Below, piece by piece: positions 11,087 to 20,622 of a DNA stretch of 64,000 nt. The position numbers and the translations under genes are program-made. Location of the stretch: the NCBI GenBank assembly GCA_035268685.1, contig DATFKK010000145.1:168-64167 (forward strand), in the 5' to 3' direction. Under the pieces are notes generated by a model. The model made no database searches, was not told the DNA's origin, and saw nothing but the letters and a program-made list of their open reading frames with translations. The stretch's first letter is position 1. The number at the start of each line of letters is the position of its first letter. Source of the stretch: Candidatus Krumholzibacteriia bacterium (lineage in GTDB: Bacteria; Krumholzibacteriota; Krumholzibacteriia; JAJRXK01).

Positions 11087-12872
11087 GCGCTCGCGTCAGT
11101 GGCGGGCACGTGCCCTGATGATGGCCGCGGCCGTGGGCTTCGGTGTCCTGGCCATCACCCTGTTCACCATGCAGGTCGTCCTGCACCAGGACTACGCCCA
11201 GCTCGCGCGCGAGAACCGGCAGTACAGTCGACGGGTCCTCGCCCCGCGCGGACTGATCAGCGACCGCTCCGGCGTCACCCTCGCGCACAACGTCTACCAG
11301 GCGCGGATCACCTACCCGCGGAACCGGGTTCGTGAGGACGACCCGGTGCTGGCGCGTCTGGTCGGTCTGCTGGAGCTCGACCGCGACGCTCTCCTCGAAT
11401 GGGTCGATCGGGCGCCGCCGGGAGATCGGATCACACTGGTGCGCCGCGCGACGCCTCGACAGATCGCGGTGGTCGAGGAACACCGCGTCGAGTTGCCGCA
11501 GGTGCAACTGCGGGTCGAACCGAGGCGGCACTACCGGAAGCACCCGCTCGCGAACCATCCGCTCGCGCCACACCTCGTGGGCTACGTCGGGGAGGTCCGA
11601 CGCGACGAAACGGGTCGCAACAGTCCCTATTCCGCCGGAGACATGATCGGGCGCACCGGCATCGAGGCCTTCGCGGAACCCCTGCTCCGTGGCGAGCACG
11701 GCCGGAAGGTGGTCGAGGTGAATGCCTCCGGGCACGTCGTCGGCGAGCTCCCCGGAGTCCACGTTCCGGTGGTTCCCGGCGGCCACGTGTACCTGACGAT
11801 CCACCACGCGTTGCAGAGTCGACTGGAGGAGCTGCTGCAGGACCGGGTCGGCGCCGGCGCCGTGGTCGAGATCGCCACGGGTGACGTGCTGGCGGCGGCC
11901 AGTGCGCCTTCGATCGACCTCAACGAGTTCACCGGAGGGATCAGCCACGAACGCGCGGCACAGCTGCGGTCGGATCCACGCAAGCCCGAGTTCAACCGGG
12001 TCTTCCGCGGAGTGTACCCGCCGGGCAGTCCCTTCAAGCTGATCACCGCGGCTGCCGCGCTCGAGCGCGGTCTGGTCGACCCCGAGGAGACCTTCGATCC
12101 CTGCTACGGCCGCTACCGTTTCGGCAACCGCTACTTCGGATGTTGGAAGGAGACAGGACACGGAGAACTCGACCTCGAGGGTGCGATCGTGCAGAGCTGC
12201 GACACGTACTTCTACCAGCTCGTACAGAGGCTCACCGTGGACCAGCTGGCCGAGACGGCGCGGCGGTTCGGCCTGGGCAACGACACGGGGTTGGAGTCCT
12301 TCCACGAACAGACGGGGCTGGTCCCCGACGCCGGTTTCTTCGACGCGCGGCACGGTCCGCGCGGGTGGACCGACGGAGTCAAGCTGAACCTCGCGATCGG
12401 GCAGGGGGAATTGCTGGTGACGCCGCTGCAGATGGCCCGGACCTTCGCGGCCATCGGAGGCGACGGGTACCTGTACCGTCCCCACGTGTTGCTGGTCACC
12501 GAGAACGCCTACGGCGTGCGCGACGCGCGCCACGTGTATCGCTCCACCCAGCCGGTGTGCTCGCCGCGGGTGCGTCGTTTCCTGCAGGAATCCATGCGCT
12601 CGGTCGTCCACGACGACCTGGGGACGGGAGGGCTCGCGCAGGTCGACGGATTCGAGGTCGCGGGCAAGACGGGAACTTCGGAGAACCCCTTCGGCGATCA
12701 TCACGCGTGGTTCGTCGCCTACGCGCCGGCGCGGAATCCGGAGGTCGCCGTCGCGGTGATCGTGGAGAACTCTGGTCACGGCGGTGAGGTCGCCGCTCCG
12801 ATCGTCGGAGAGGTCCTGCACGAGTACTTCGAACTCCAGGGCGCGGTGGCGTCCGACGGGGAGGCGCGCTGA
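11079..12872 (+). CDS. mrdA: Penicillin-binding protein 2 (elongasome transpeptidase)
   Basis: PBP dimerisation plus transpeptidase domains with the active-site motifs SPFK, SCD and KTGT. Confidence 0.95.
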   Translation: MDERSRQWRARALMMAAAVGFGVLAITLFTMQVVLHQDYAQLARENRQYSRRVLAPRGLISDRSGVTLAHNVYQARITYPRNRVREDDPVLARLVGLLELDRDALLEWVDRAPPGDRITLVRRATPRQIAVVEEHRVELPQVQLRVEPRRHYRKHPLANHPLAPHLVGYVGEVRRDETGRNSPYSAGDMIGRTGIEAFAEPLLRGEHGRKVVEVNASGHVVGELPGVHVPVVPGGHVYLTIHHALQSRLEELLQDRVGAGAVVEIATGDVLAAASAPSIDLNEFTGGISHERAAQLRSDPRKPEFNRVFRGVYPPGSPFKLITAAAALERGLVDPEETFDPCYGRYRFGNRYFGCWKETGHGELDLEGAIVQSCDTYFYQLVQRLTVDQLAETARRFGLGNDTGLESFHEQTGLVPDAGFFDARHGPRGWTDGVKLNLAIGQGELLVTPLQMARTFAAIGGDGYLYRPHVLLVTENAYGVRDARHVYRSTQPVCSPRVRRFLQESMRSVVHDDLGTGGLAQVDGFEVAGKTGTSENPFGDHHAWFVAYAPARNPEVAVAVIVENSGHGGEVAAPIVGEVLHEYFELQGAVASDGEAR

Positions 12873-14143
12873 TGGGTCGTGTCCTTTCGATCCTCGTCCG
12901 GGCCGACGCCTTCGCCCTGATCGCCTGGGCGGCCCTGGTGGCGATCGGCCTGGCCGCGGTCTACAGCTGTACCGTCGATTTCCAGAGCTCGGCGGAGATC
13001 GTGCCCTCGAACCTGTCGCGGGCCGTGTTCCACACGCAGGTCACCTGGGCCGTGGTGGGAGCGATCGTGGCGCTGCTGTGTCTGCTGATCCCCTACCGGC
13101 ACTTCGACACCCTGGCCTACGTCGCCTACGGCGTGGCGCTCGTGTTACTGGTCGCGGTGCTCGTCGTCGGTATGGAGTCCGGGGGCGGACGTCGGTGGTT
13201 GTCCCTCGGTGGCATGAGCTTCCAGCCCTCGGAGATCGCGAAGGTCGCGTTGATCCTCGCGCTGGGGCGCTTCCTCGCGGGCAGGAGGGATCGCTCGGCC
13301 AAGGTACTGGTGGGTGGCGCGGTCGCCTTCGTGCTGCCCCTGTTCCTGCTCGTCGTACGTGAGCCCGATCTGGGAACGGCGCTGGTCTATCCGGCGTTGG
13401 CGGTTCCCATGTTGTTCTGGGCCGGAGTTCCGGCTCGGCTCTTGTTGGCGTTGATCTCGCCGGTGCTCAGCGCGGTGATCATGTTCACCGGACAGCACAC
13501 CCTGGACGATGTCTGGCCCTGGGTGTTGTACGTGATCGCCCTCATGGGCCTGTTGTACTTCGCGCGTCTGTACATCGTGCAGAACCTGCTGCTCATGGGC
13601 AGCAACCTGGTCACGGGTCTGGCCATTCCGTTGGTCTGGGAGAAGCTGCATCCCTACCAGCAGGCGCGGATCCTGGCCTTCTTCTCACCCAGCGACGCCG
13701 ATCGGCTGGGCTACGGGTACCAGACCTTCCAGAGCAAGGTCGCCATCGGATCCGGAGGTCTGGCCGGCAAGGGGTACCTGGAAGGCAGCCAGAAGGGCCT
13801 GGCCTTCCTGCCGGAGCGCCACACCGACTTCATCTTCAGCGTGATCGGCGAGGAACTGGGTCTGCTCGGGGCGTTGGTCGTGCTGGCACTCTTCCTGTTG
13901 CTGGTCGTGCGCGCACTCCGCGTGGCCGAGATCAGCAAGCGTTCCTTCGGCGGCATGATCGCGGTGGGTGTGGCGAGCTACTTCTGCTTCCAGGCGCTGG
14001 TGAACATCGCGATCACGGTGGGTCTGCTCCCGGTCACCGGTCTCCCGTTGCCACTGCTCAGCAAGGGAGGAAGCTCCATGCTCGCGAGTTGCATCATGCT
14101 GGGGCTCCTGTTGAACGTCTCGGCGCGATGGTCCGAGGTCTGA
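12872..14143 (+). CDS. rodA: Peptidoglycan glycosyltransferase RodA (SEDS family)
   Basis: FtsW/RodA/SpoVE-family polytopic protein (QPSE, GYGYQ, SKGGSS motifs) following mrdA. Confidence 0.95.
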   Translation: MGRVLSILVRADAFALIAWAALVAIGLAAVYSCTVDFQSSAEIVPSNLSRAVFHTQVTWAVVGAIVALLCLLIPYRHFDTLAYVAYGVALVLLVAVLVVGMESGGGRRWLSLGGMSFQPSEIAKVALILALGRFLAGRRDRSAKVLVGGAVAFVLPLFLLVVREPDLGTALVYPALAVPMLFWAGVPARLLLALISPVLSAVIMFTGQHTLDDVWPWVLYVIALMGLLYFARLYIVQNLLLMGSNLVTGLAIPLVWEKLHPYQQARILAFFSPSDADRLGYGYQTFQSKVAIGSGGLAGKGYLEGSQKGLAFLPERHTDFIFSVIGEELGLLGALVVLALFLLLVVRALRVAEISKRSFGGMIAVGVASYFCFQALVNIAITVGLLPVTGLPLPLLSKGGSSMLASCIMLGLLLNVSARWSEV

Positions 14144-14150
14144 GGCGGAC

Positions 14151-15014
14151 GTGCTGGTCTTCGACGGTGGTCGTCTGCACGACGCGTCCGGGCACGAGGT
14201 CGCCTGGCCCGGTCTCGCGGTGCTCGGGGATCCCGTGGCCCATTCACTCAGCCCCCGTCTGCACACCGCCGCGCTCCGCGCGCGTGGTCTCGATCACGAC
14301 TACGCAGCGATCCGGGTCGGAACCGAGGATCTCGCCACGTATCTGGTCACCGCCGCCGAGCACGGGGTGCTGGGGCTGAACCTGACCGTCCCGCACAAGG
14401 AGCACGGCCTGGCGCTCTGTGCGCAGGTCAGCGACGAGGCGCGTGAGATCGGAGCGGCGAACACGCTGGTGCGGCGTCGCGACCGCTGGCACGCCCACAA
14501 CACCGACGCGCGCGGACTCGCACTGGCCCTGCAGTCGTGGCGCGGCCGACGCCTGGCGCGTTCGCTCGACCAGGTCGTGGTGATCGGGAGCGGAGGAGCG
14601 GCGCGGTCGGCGGTGGTGTGTGCCCGGGCGTTGGGGAGCCGACGGATCCGGGTGCTGGCCCGCCGTCCGGAGCGGGCGACGTGGGCGACGGCGATGGGGG
14701 CGGTGGCCGAGGCGCTACCCGAACGCATTCCCACCACGGCCACCCTGATTCTGCAGTGCACGCCGCTCGGTCTGGATCCCGAGCTGGACCCCTCGCCGTT
14801 GTCGCTCGACGGCCTGGCGTCGACGGCGATCGTGGTCGACCTCACCTACGCCGATCGACCCAGCGCCTTCCTGCGGCAGGCCATCGGTCGCGGTGTGGAC
14901 GCGATCGACGGCCGTCGCATGCTCGTGGCCCAGGCGGCACTCGCGTTCTCCATGTGGTTCGGTGCGCAGCCTCCACTGACGGCCATGGGAGAGGTGCTCG
15001 GCCTGGAGTTCTGA
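14151..15014 (+). CDS. aroE: Shikimate dehydrogenase
   Basis: AVLGDPVAHSLSPRLH, NLTVPHK, GAANT and Rossmann GSGGAARS motifs. Confidence 0.9.
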   Translation: MLVFDGGRLHDASGHEVAWPGLAVLGDPVAHSLSPRLHTAALRARGLDHDYAAIRVGTEDLATYLVTAAEHGVLGLNLTVPHKEHGLALCAQVSDEAREIGAANTLVRRRDRWHAHNTDARGLALALQSWRGRRLARSLDQVVVIGSGGAARSAVVCARALGSRRIRVLARRPERATWATAMGAVAEALPERIPTTATLILQCTPLGLDPELDPSPLSLDGLASTAIVVDLTYADRPSAFLRQAIGRGVDAIDGRRMLVAQAALAFSMWFGAQPPLTAMGEVLGLEF

Positions 15015-15056
15015 CCGCCTCCGCTTCCGTGTCCTCCCGGACCGCGAGACGAGACG

Positions 15057-15770
15057 ATGCGGACGACCCTGGTCCGTGGCTTCTTCGATCTGATCTGGCC
15101 TCCACGTTGTCCGGTGTGCGACGACTGGTTCGAGCCGCCCGCCGGGGCGTGGCTCGAGGTGCGCGGACGCGCCGTGCTCCATCGCAGCTGTCGCGATCGC
15201 CTCGGGCCGGCGACCGAGTTGTCGATCGCCGCCGCCGCGGGGGCGACTCCGGTGTTCGCCCTGCTCGCCGACACTCCCGCCTGGTTCGCGATCCTGCACC
15301 GGGTGAAGTACGAGGGCGAGGGCGCGCTGCTCGGCCCCTGGATCGACTCGTTGGTCGACGCCGTCGCCGCCGGCGGCGGGTTGCCCCGCGGATCGGTGGT
15401 GGTCCCCGTTCCCGACGATCCGCGCCGGAGGCGGCAGAGGGGATTCAGTCCGGTGCGCTCGATCGCCGGCACCCTGGCTCGCGCGACCGGCGTGCGATTG
15501 CGCGAGGATCTGGTGCGGCGGCGGTTCGCGGCTCCGTCGCAGACCGAGAGCCCGGACGACCGCGCTCGCCGGCGCAACGTCGACCGTGTGTTCGGGGTCG
15601 GGCGCCTGGCGGAGATCTGCGCGACGGACCCGATCGTCCTGGTCGACGACCAGATCACGTCGGGAGCCACGGTCGGTGTCTGCGCCCGACTGCTGCGGGC
15701 CCGGGGAAACCCCACGGCGGTTGTCGTGCTCGCCCGGGCTCGGCGGGCGCCGCGGCTGCTGCAACCTTGA
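15057..15770 (+). CDS. comF: ComF-family phosphoribosyltransferase-domain protein
   Basis: N-terminal CPVC zinc finger and C-terminal PRTase motif VLVDDQITSGAT. Confidence 0.8.
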   Translation: MRTTLVRGFFDLIWPPRCPVCDDWFEPPAGAWLEVRGRAVLHRSCRDRLGPATELSIAAAAGATPVFALLADTPAWFAILHRVKYEGEGALLGPWIDSLVDAVAAGGGLPRGSVVVPVPDDPRRRRQRGFSPVRSIAGTLARATGVRLREDLVRRRFAAPSQTESPDDRARRRNVDRVFGVGRLAEICATDPIVLVDDQITSGATVGVCARLLRARGNPTAVVVLARARRAPRLLQP

Positions 15771-15933
15771 CATCGGCAGGAATCGGTCCCTAGACTGCCG
15801 ACTGCCGGAGCTGAGGCCCCGCGGCTTCATAAATATCGGCGCGCCAACCACTTGTGGGTATCAGTCCGGGTGTGGCGCGAAGGGGTCCACCACGAATCCA
15901 CGCGAGCGGCCAGTAGGCCGGAACGGAAGCATC

Positions 15934-17145
<1,212 letters not shown>

Positions 17146-17166
17146 ACGGATCCGGGAGGGATCGAC

Positions 17167-17937
17167 ATGGCACGCCGTCCACTGCTGATGGGCAACTGGA
17201 AGATGAACCTGGGACTCGCGCAGGCGCGTGAGTTGGCCGAGACCCTGGTGCGACGCACGCAGACCACCTTCGCCGGTCCGGAGATGGTGGTGTGCCCGAG
17301 CTTCGTCCACATCCCCGTCGTCGCGCAGATCATGGAGAAGTCGGCGATCGAATGGGGCGGGCAGGACTGTGTGGAACAGGAGCCGGGGGCCGTCACCGGC
17401 GGTGTGAGCGCCGAGCAGCTGCGCGAGATCGGCGCGAAGTGGGTGATCCTCGGCCACAGCGAACGCCGGCAGATCTTCCAGGAGAGCGACGCCAGCGTTC
17501 GCGAAAAGGTCAAGGCGGCCTTCCGCGTGGGCCTGACGCCCGTGGTGTGCGTGGGCGAGACGCTGTCGCAGCGCGAGTCCGGTCGGACCGAGGAGGTCGT
17601 GTCGACGCAGGTCCACGGGGCTCTCGAGGATCTTCGCGCCGAGCAGGTGGGGGCGATGACCATTGCCTACGAGCCCGTGTGGGCGATCGGCACCGGTCAC
17701 AGCGCCGAGCCCGACGACGTCGAGAAGGTCCACGCTCTGGTCCGCGGCCTGCTGGCCGAGGCCTCGAGCGCGCAGATCGCCGATGGGGTGCGTATCCTGT
17801 ACGGCGGCAGCGTGAACGAGGACAACGTCGCGGACTACATGGCCTGCGAGGACGTCGACGGGGCCCTGGTGGGAGGCGCGAGCCTCGATCCGGAGCGTTT
17901 CCTGTCGATCGTCCGCTATCAGGACCGGCCGAGTTGA
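17167..17937 (+). CDS. tpiA: Triose-phosphate isomerase
   Basis: NWKMN, GHSERR, AYEPVWAIGTG and YGGSV motifs. Confidence 0.95.
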   Translation: MARRPLLMGNWKMNLGLAQARELAETLVRRTQTTFAGPEMVVCPSFVHIPVVAQIMEKSAIEWGGQDCVEQEPGAVTGGVSAEQLREIGAKWVILGHSERRQIFQESDASVREKVKAAFRVGLTPVVCVGETLSQRESGRTEEVVSTQVHGALEDLRAEQVGAMTIAYEPVWAIGTGHSAEPDDVEKVHALVRGLLAEASSAQIADGVRILYGGSVNEDNVADYMACEDVDGALVGGASLDPERFLSIVRYQDRPS

Positions 17938-18032
17938 CACCCCCGTGGGCCGTTGCTAGCTTTGACGGCCGGTCCTGAACGCGGGGCCGCCGGAACCCCG
18001 GGATCGACCCCGCCGTCGTCGAAGAGAGCGCG

Positions 18033-18491
18033 ATGTACTACCTGTTCTTCGGAATCCATCTGCTGATCTCGTTCCTGATCGTCGTCGTCGTCCTTCTGCA
18101 GCGCTCCAAGGGTGGGGGGCTGTCGGGCGCCTTCGGCGGTGTCGGAGCGGGAGACGCCGCGTTCGGCAGTGTGGGTGTGACCACGTTCCTGCACAAGACC
18201 ACCATCTACCTGGCCATCGGCTTCATGGTGACGAGCCTCAGCCTCGCGTACATGACGGCCACGCGCAGCCAGGCCATTCCGACGGGGCCGACCGGTGGCG
18301 TGGGTGAGACCGTGCTCCCCGTCGGAGATGCGCCGGTCATGCCCGAGCAGCCCGCGGGCGCGGCGGGTGACAGTCTGATCCTCGACGACGAGATCGTTCC
18401 CGGTGGCGACGACACCGTGGTGCCGCCGGCGGGTGCCGACACGTCGATCGTCCCGCAGGGCGAGACGCCTGAACGGAGCGGAGGCCAGTAG
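18033..18491 (+). CDS. secG: Preprotein translocase subunit SecG with long low-complexity C-terminal tail
   Basis: MYYLFFGIHLLISFLIVVVVLLQRSKGGGLSGAFGG is the SecG signature and sits downstream of tpiA. About 70 extra Pro/Gly/Asp-rich residues follow at the C-terminus. Confidence 0.85.
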   Translation: MYYLFFGIHLLISFLIVVVVLLQRSKGGGLSGAFGGVGAGDAAFGSVGVTTFLHKTTIYLAIGFMVTSLSLAYMTATRSQAIPTGPTGGVGETVLPVGDAPVMPEQPAGAAGDSLILDDEIVPGGDDTVVPPAGADTSIVPQGETPERSGGQ

Positions 18492-18515
18492 GTCTCGAAC
18501 GCGCGAGAGCATCGT

Positions 18516-18600
18516 GCTCGGGTGGTGGAATTGGTAGACACGCTATCTTGAGGGGGTAGTGGCGAAAGCCGTGCGGGTTCAAATCCCGCCCCGAGCACCA
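18516..18600 (+). tRNA. tRNA-Leu (anticodon GAG)
   Basis: Cloverleaf: acceptor stem GCTCGGG/CCCGAGC, D-arm GTGGAATTGGTAGACAC, anticodon stem CTATC/GGTAG with loop TTGAGGG, long variable arm, T-arm GGGTTCAAATCCC, and an encoded CCA end. Confidence 0.9.
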
Positions 18601-18608
18601 CGAACGAT

Positions 18609-18640
18609 GACGGCCCGGATCGAACACGATCCGGGCCGTC
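18609..18640 (+). terminator. Perfect 14-bp stem hairpin (GACGGCCCGGATCG-aaca-CGATCCGGGCCGTC) just after tRNA-Leu
   Basis: Seen directly; no U-tract follows. Confidence 0.4.
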
Positions 18641-18731
18641 GCATTTCCCCCCACGTCGTGAACGCGGTGTGCATCGATCGCCCGACGCGGGCGAGACGGG
18701 GAAAATCAGTCCTCTTCGGGATTTTTTTTGT

Positions 18732-18760
18732 TTGACAGTCGTTGATGCGCTTCGAATAAT
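18732..18760 (+). promoter_or_regulatory. Strong sigma70-like promoter (TTGACA-N17-AATAAT) with upstream T-tract, driving the histone-like gene
   Basis: Near-consensus hexamers with 17-nt spacer. The preceding sequence GGGATTTTTTTTGTT is UP-element-like. Confidence 0.55.
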
Positions 18761-18850
18761 GCCGCCGGCTGAGCCGAGTGGAACGCCGATTGCTCCGCCG
18801 TGCGCGGATCCTTCGTGCGAATCCACGAAGCTCCCATCGCGGGCATCCGT

Positions 18851-18876
18851 GCCCACGATCCAAGGCTGCAAGACAA
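18851..18876 (+). repeat. Perfect tandem 13-bp direct repeat CAAGGCTGCAAGA x2 in the 5' UTR of the histone-like gene
   Basis: Seen directly. Ends about 15 nt before the RBS GAGG and ATG 18904. Confidence 0.8.
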
Positions 18877-18903
18877 GGCTGCAAGATAAAGCGAGGCTGA
18901 CGA

Positions 18904-19259
18904 TGGAAGACGGAATCATGCTGGCCGCGGCGAAGAAGAAGTCGACCGCGAAGAAGAAGAAGGCGACTGCCAAGAAGAAGAAGACGACGGCGCGCAAGAA
19001 GAAGACGGCCGCCCGGAAGAAGAAGACCACCGCCCGCAAGAAGAAGACGGCGGCGAAGAAGAAGAAGACCGCTGCCAAGCGGAAGAAGACCGCGGCGAAG
19101 AAGAAGAAGACGGCGGCGCGGAAGAAGAAGACCACTGCGCGCAAGAAGAAGACCACCGCGCGCAAGAAGAAGACCAGCGCCCGCAAGAAGAAGACGACGG
19201 CGCGCAAGAAGAAGACCACCGCCCGCAAGAAGAAGACCGCGGCGCGGAAGAAGCGTTAG
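18904..19259 (+). CDS. Histone H1-like basic repeat protein (Lys/Ala/Thr/Arg-rich nucleoid-associated protein)
   Basis: 118 aa: MEDGIMLAAA followed by about 13 copies of an 8-aa unit (AKKKKTTA/ARKKKTTA). Strong promoter and RBS upstream. Confidence 0.75.
18931..19256 (+). repeat. About 13.5 tandem copies of a 24-bp coding repeat (gcgcgcaagaagaagaccaccgcc-like)
   Basis: Seen directly. Produces the KKKT(T/A)A(R/K)K protein repeats. The antisense frame gives the artefactual ORF of VVFFLRA repeats. Confidence 0.9.
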
Positions 19260-19282
19260 ACCCCGGGTCGAGCGCCACGAAC

Positions 19283-19312
19283 ACGGGCGGCGAGGTCATC
19301 CTCGCCGCCCGT
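19283..19312. terminator. Bidirectional hairpin terminator between the convergent histone-like and outer-membrane protein genes
   Basis: GGGCGGCGAGG-tcat-CCTCGCCGCCC, 11-14 bp perfect stem, followed by GTTCGCGTTTCC. Confidence 0.55.
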
Positions 19313-19352
19313 TCGCGTTTCCGACTGGAGAGGAGCGGTGCTCCACGCGGCC

Positions 19353-20222
19353 TCAGCGCGAGGCCGTGGCAGCGTCCTCGTCCTCGAAGACCTCGTCCGG
19401 CACGTCGTAGCGCCAGGTGATGCCCGCCGTCACCGAGGGGAACAGCAGCGAGGCGTCGAGCGACACTTCGTCGGTCTCCCAGGTGTACAGACGCAGGTCC
19501 GCGGCGACGAAGCCTCGGACCGAACCGGCGATCGGGAATCCGTATCCGCCGCCCGCGGTGAAGAAGAGGGCGCCGACGTCATCGGTGTCGGAGAACTGGT
19601 TCAGGATGCCGCCGAAGCCGAGATGTACGAAGGGACGCCGCGGGTTCCGGCGCTCCCGGCCCAGGTGGTAGACCACCTTCCCGCCGCCCGCGAAGGTCGT
19701 CATCGTGGCGCGGTCGATCTCGGTGACCTCGTCGACGATCTCTTCCTCGATCACGCGCCGGCCGCGGAACACCGCGTCGGCTTGGCCGAACTCCCCGAAC
19801 AACTGCATGCCGAAGTTCTCGTTCAGGAAGAAGCTCACGCGACCGCCGACGACATAGCCCGTCTCGATCTTCTTCTCCGGCGCCTGGACGGGGGGGTCCG
19901 GAACCTCGCCGCTGAAATCCAGGATGTCGTCCCGGGCGGTGTCGTTGGTGAGTTCGGTCAGCGGGGCCGGCAGCGAGAGGTAGGTGTCGCCGGCCATCAT
20001 CCCCCCGTACAGCGACATCTCGATGCGATGCACACGCAGAAGGGGCTCTTCCTCCTCGTCTCCGCTCTGGGCCAGCGCGGGCTGGCCGCTCCAGACGAGG
20101 AGCAGGACGAGCAGCAGGCCTGCGCTCGCCGCTCGTGCCGACCGAAGGCCCTGCTCCCGGCGCAGGGGCCGTGGCGCCGACTCCGTCGTCGCCCGGATGC
20201 CGTCAAACAGAAGAGCGTCCAT
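19353..20222 (-). CDS. Outer-membrane beta-barrel protein (OmpA/OmpW-like barrel domain)
   Basis: Signal peptide (LLLVLLLVWSGQPALAQS) then alternating-hydrophobic beta-strand pattern with Gly/aromatic-rich turns. Start set at ATG 20220-20222. Confidence 0.6.
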   Translation of the reverse strand: MDALLFDGIRATTESAPRPLRREQGLRSARAASAGLLLVLLLVWSGQPALAQSGDEEEEPLLRVHRIEMSLYGGMMAGDTYLSLPAPLTELTNDTARDDILDFSGEVPDPPVQAPEKKIETGYVVGGRVSFFLNENFGMQLFGEFGQADAVFRGRRVIEEEIVDEVTEIDRATMTTFAGGGKVVYHLGRERRNPRRPFVHLGFGGILNQFSDTDDVGALFFTAGGGYGFPIAGSVRGFVAADLRLYTWETDEVSLDASLLFPSVTAGITWRYDVPDEVFEDEDAATASR

Positions 20223-20481
20223 GATTCCCTGGATCGAAGGCCCGCCCACGACACCGGGCCCGGCGAGGCCGCGGCGCCACGGAAGGGGGCGCGGATCGGT
20301 TCTCGGGGCTCCGCAGGGAACCCCCGCGCATTCGTCCGGGCGGGCGCAGCGGTGTCCGCGGCAGACCCACCGGGCGAGCACGACAGCGGCTCAATGTAGG
20401 GGAGCGGAGAGGCGTATGTCAAAGGCGGAACCGAAGTTTCCCCCCGGGCGTCGGATCACGGAACACGGGGCGCCCACCGCG

Positions 20482-20511
20482 TTGACACCCCTCTCGACAC
20501 GGTGCTAACTT
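20482..20511 (+). promoter_or_regulatory. Putative promoter (GTTGACACC -35, weak -10 CTAACT/TAACTT) upstream of the EF-G gene
   Basis: Shares the GTTGACAC -35 extension seen at four other loci in this window. Confidence 0.3.
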
Positions 20512-20622
20512 GGCCGATCCGGGCTTCTGCGCCCCGGAATCCGTCGCTCGCGGCCGCGACCGCGCCCGCCAGGGCCGCCGACCATCTTCCACCCAGACCC
20601 TTGTCCATGGGGAGCCGTCGAC

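Noticed and set aside
18206-19228. 340-aa minus-strand ORF with VVFFLRA repeats
   Set aside because: Reverse-complement reading of the 24-bp Lys-codon repeats of the histone-like gene, which has a promoter and RBS on the + strand.
20223-20622. 400-bp divergent region checked for tRNA or small RNA genes
   Set aside because: No tRNA-like T-arm or acceptor pairing and no recognisable tmRNA, RNase P or SRP RNA motifs. It probably holds only the divergent promoters for the OMP and EF-G genes.
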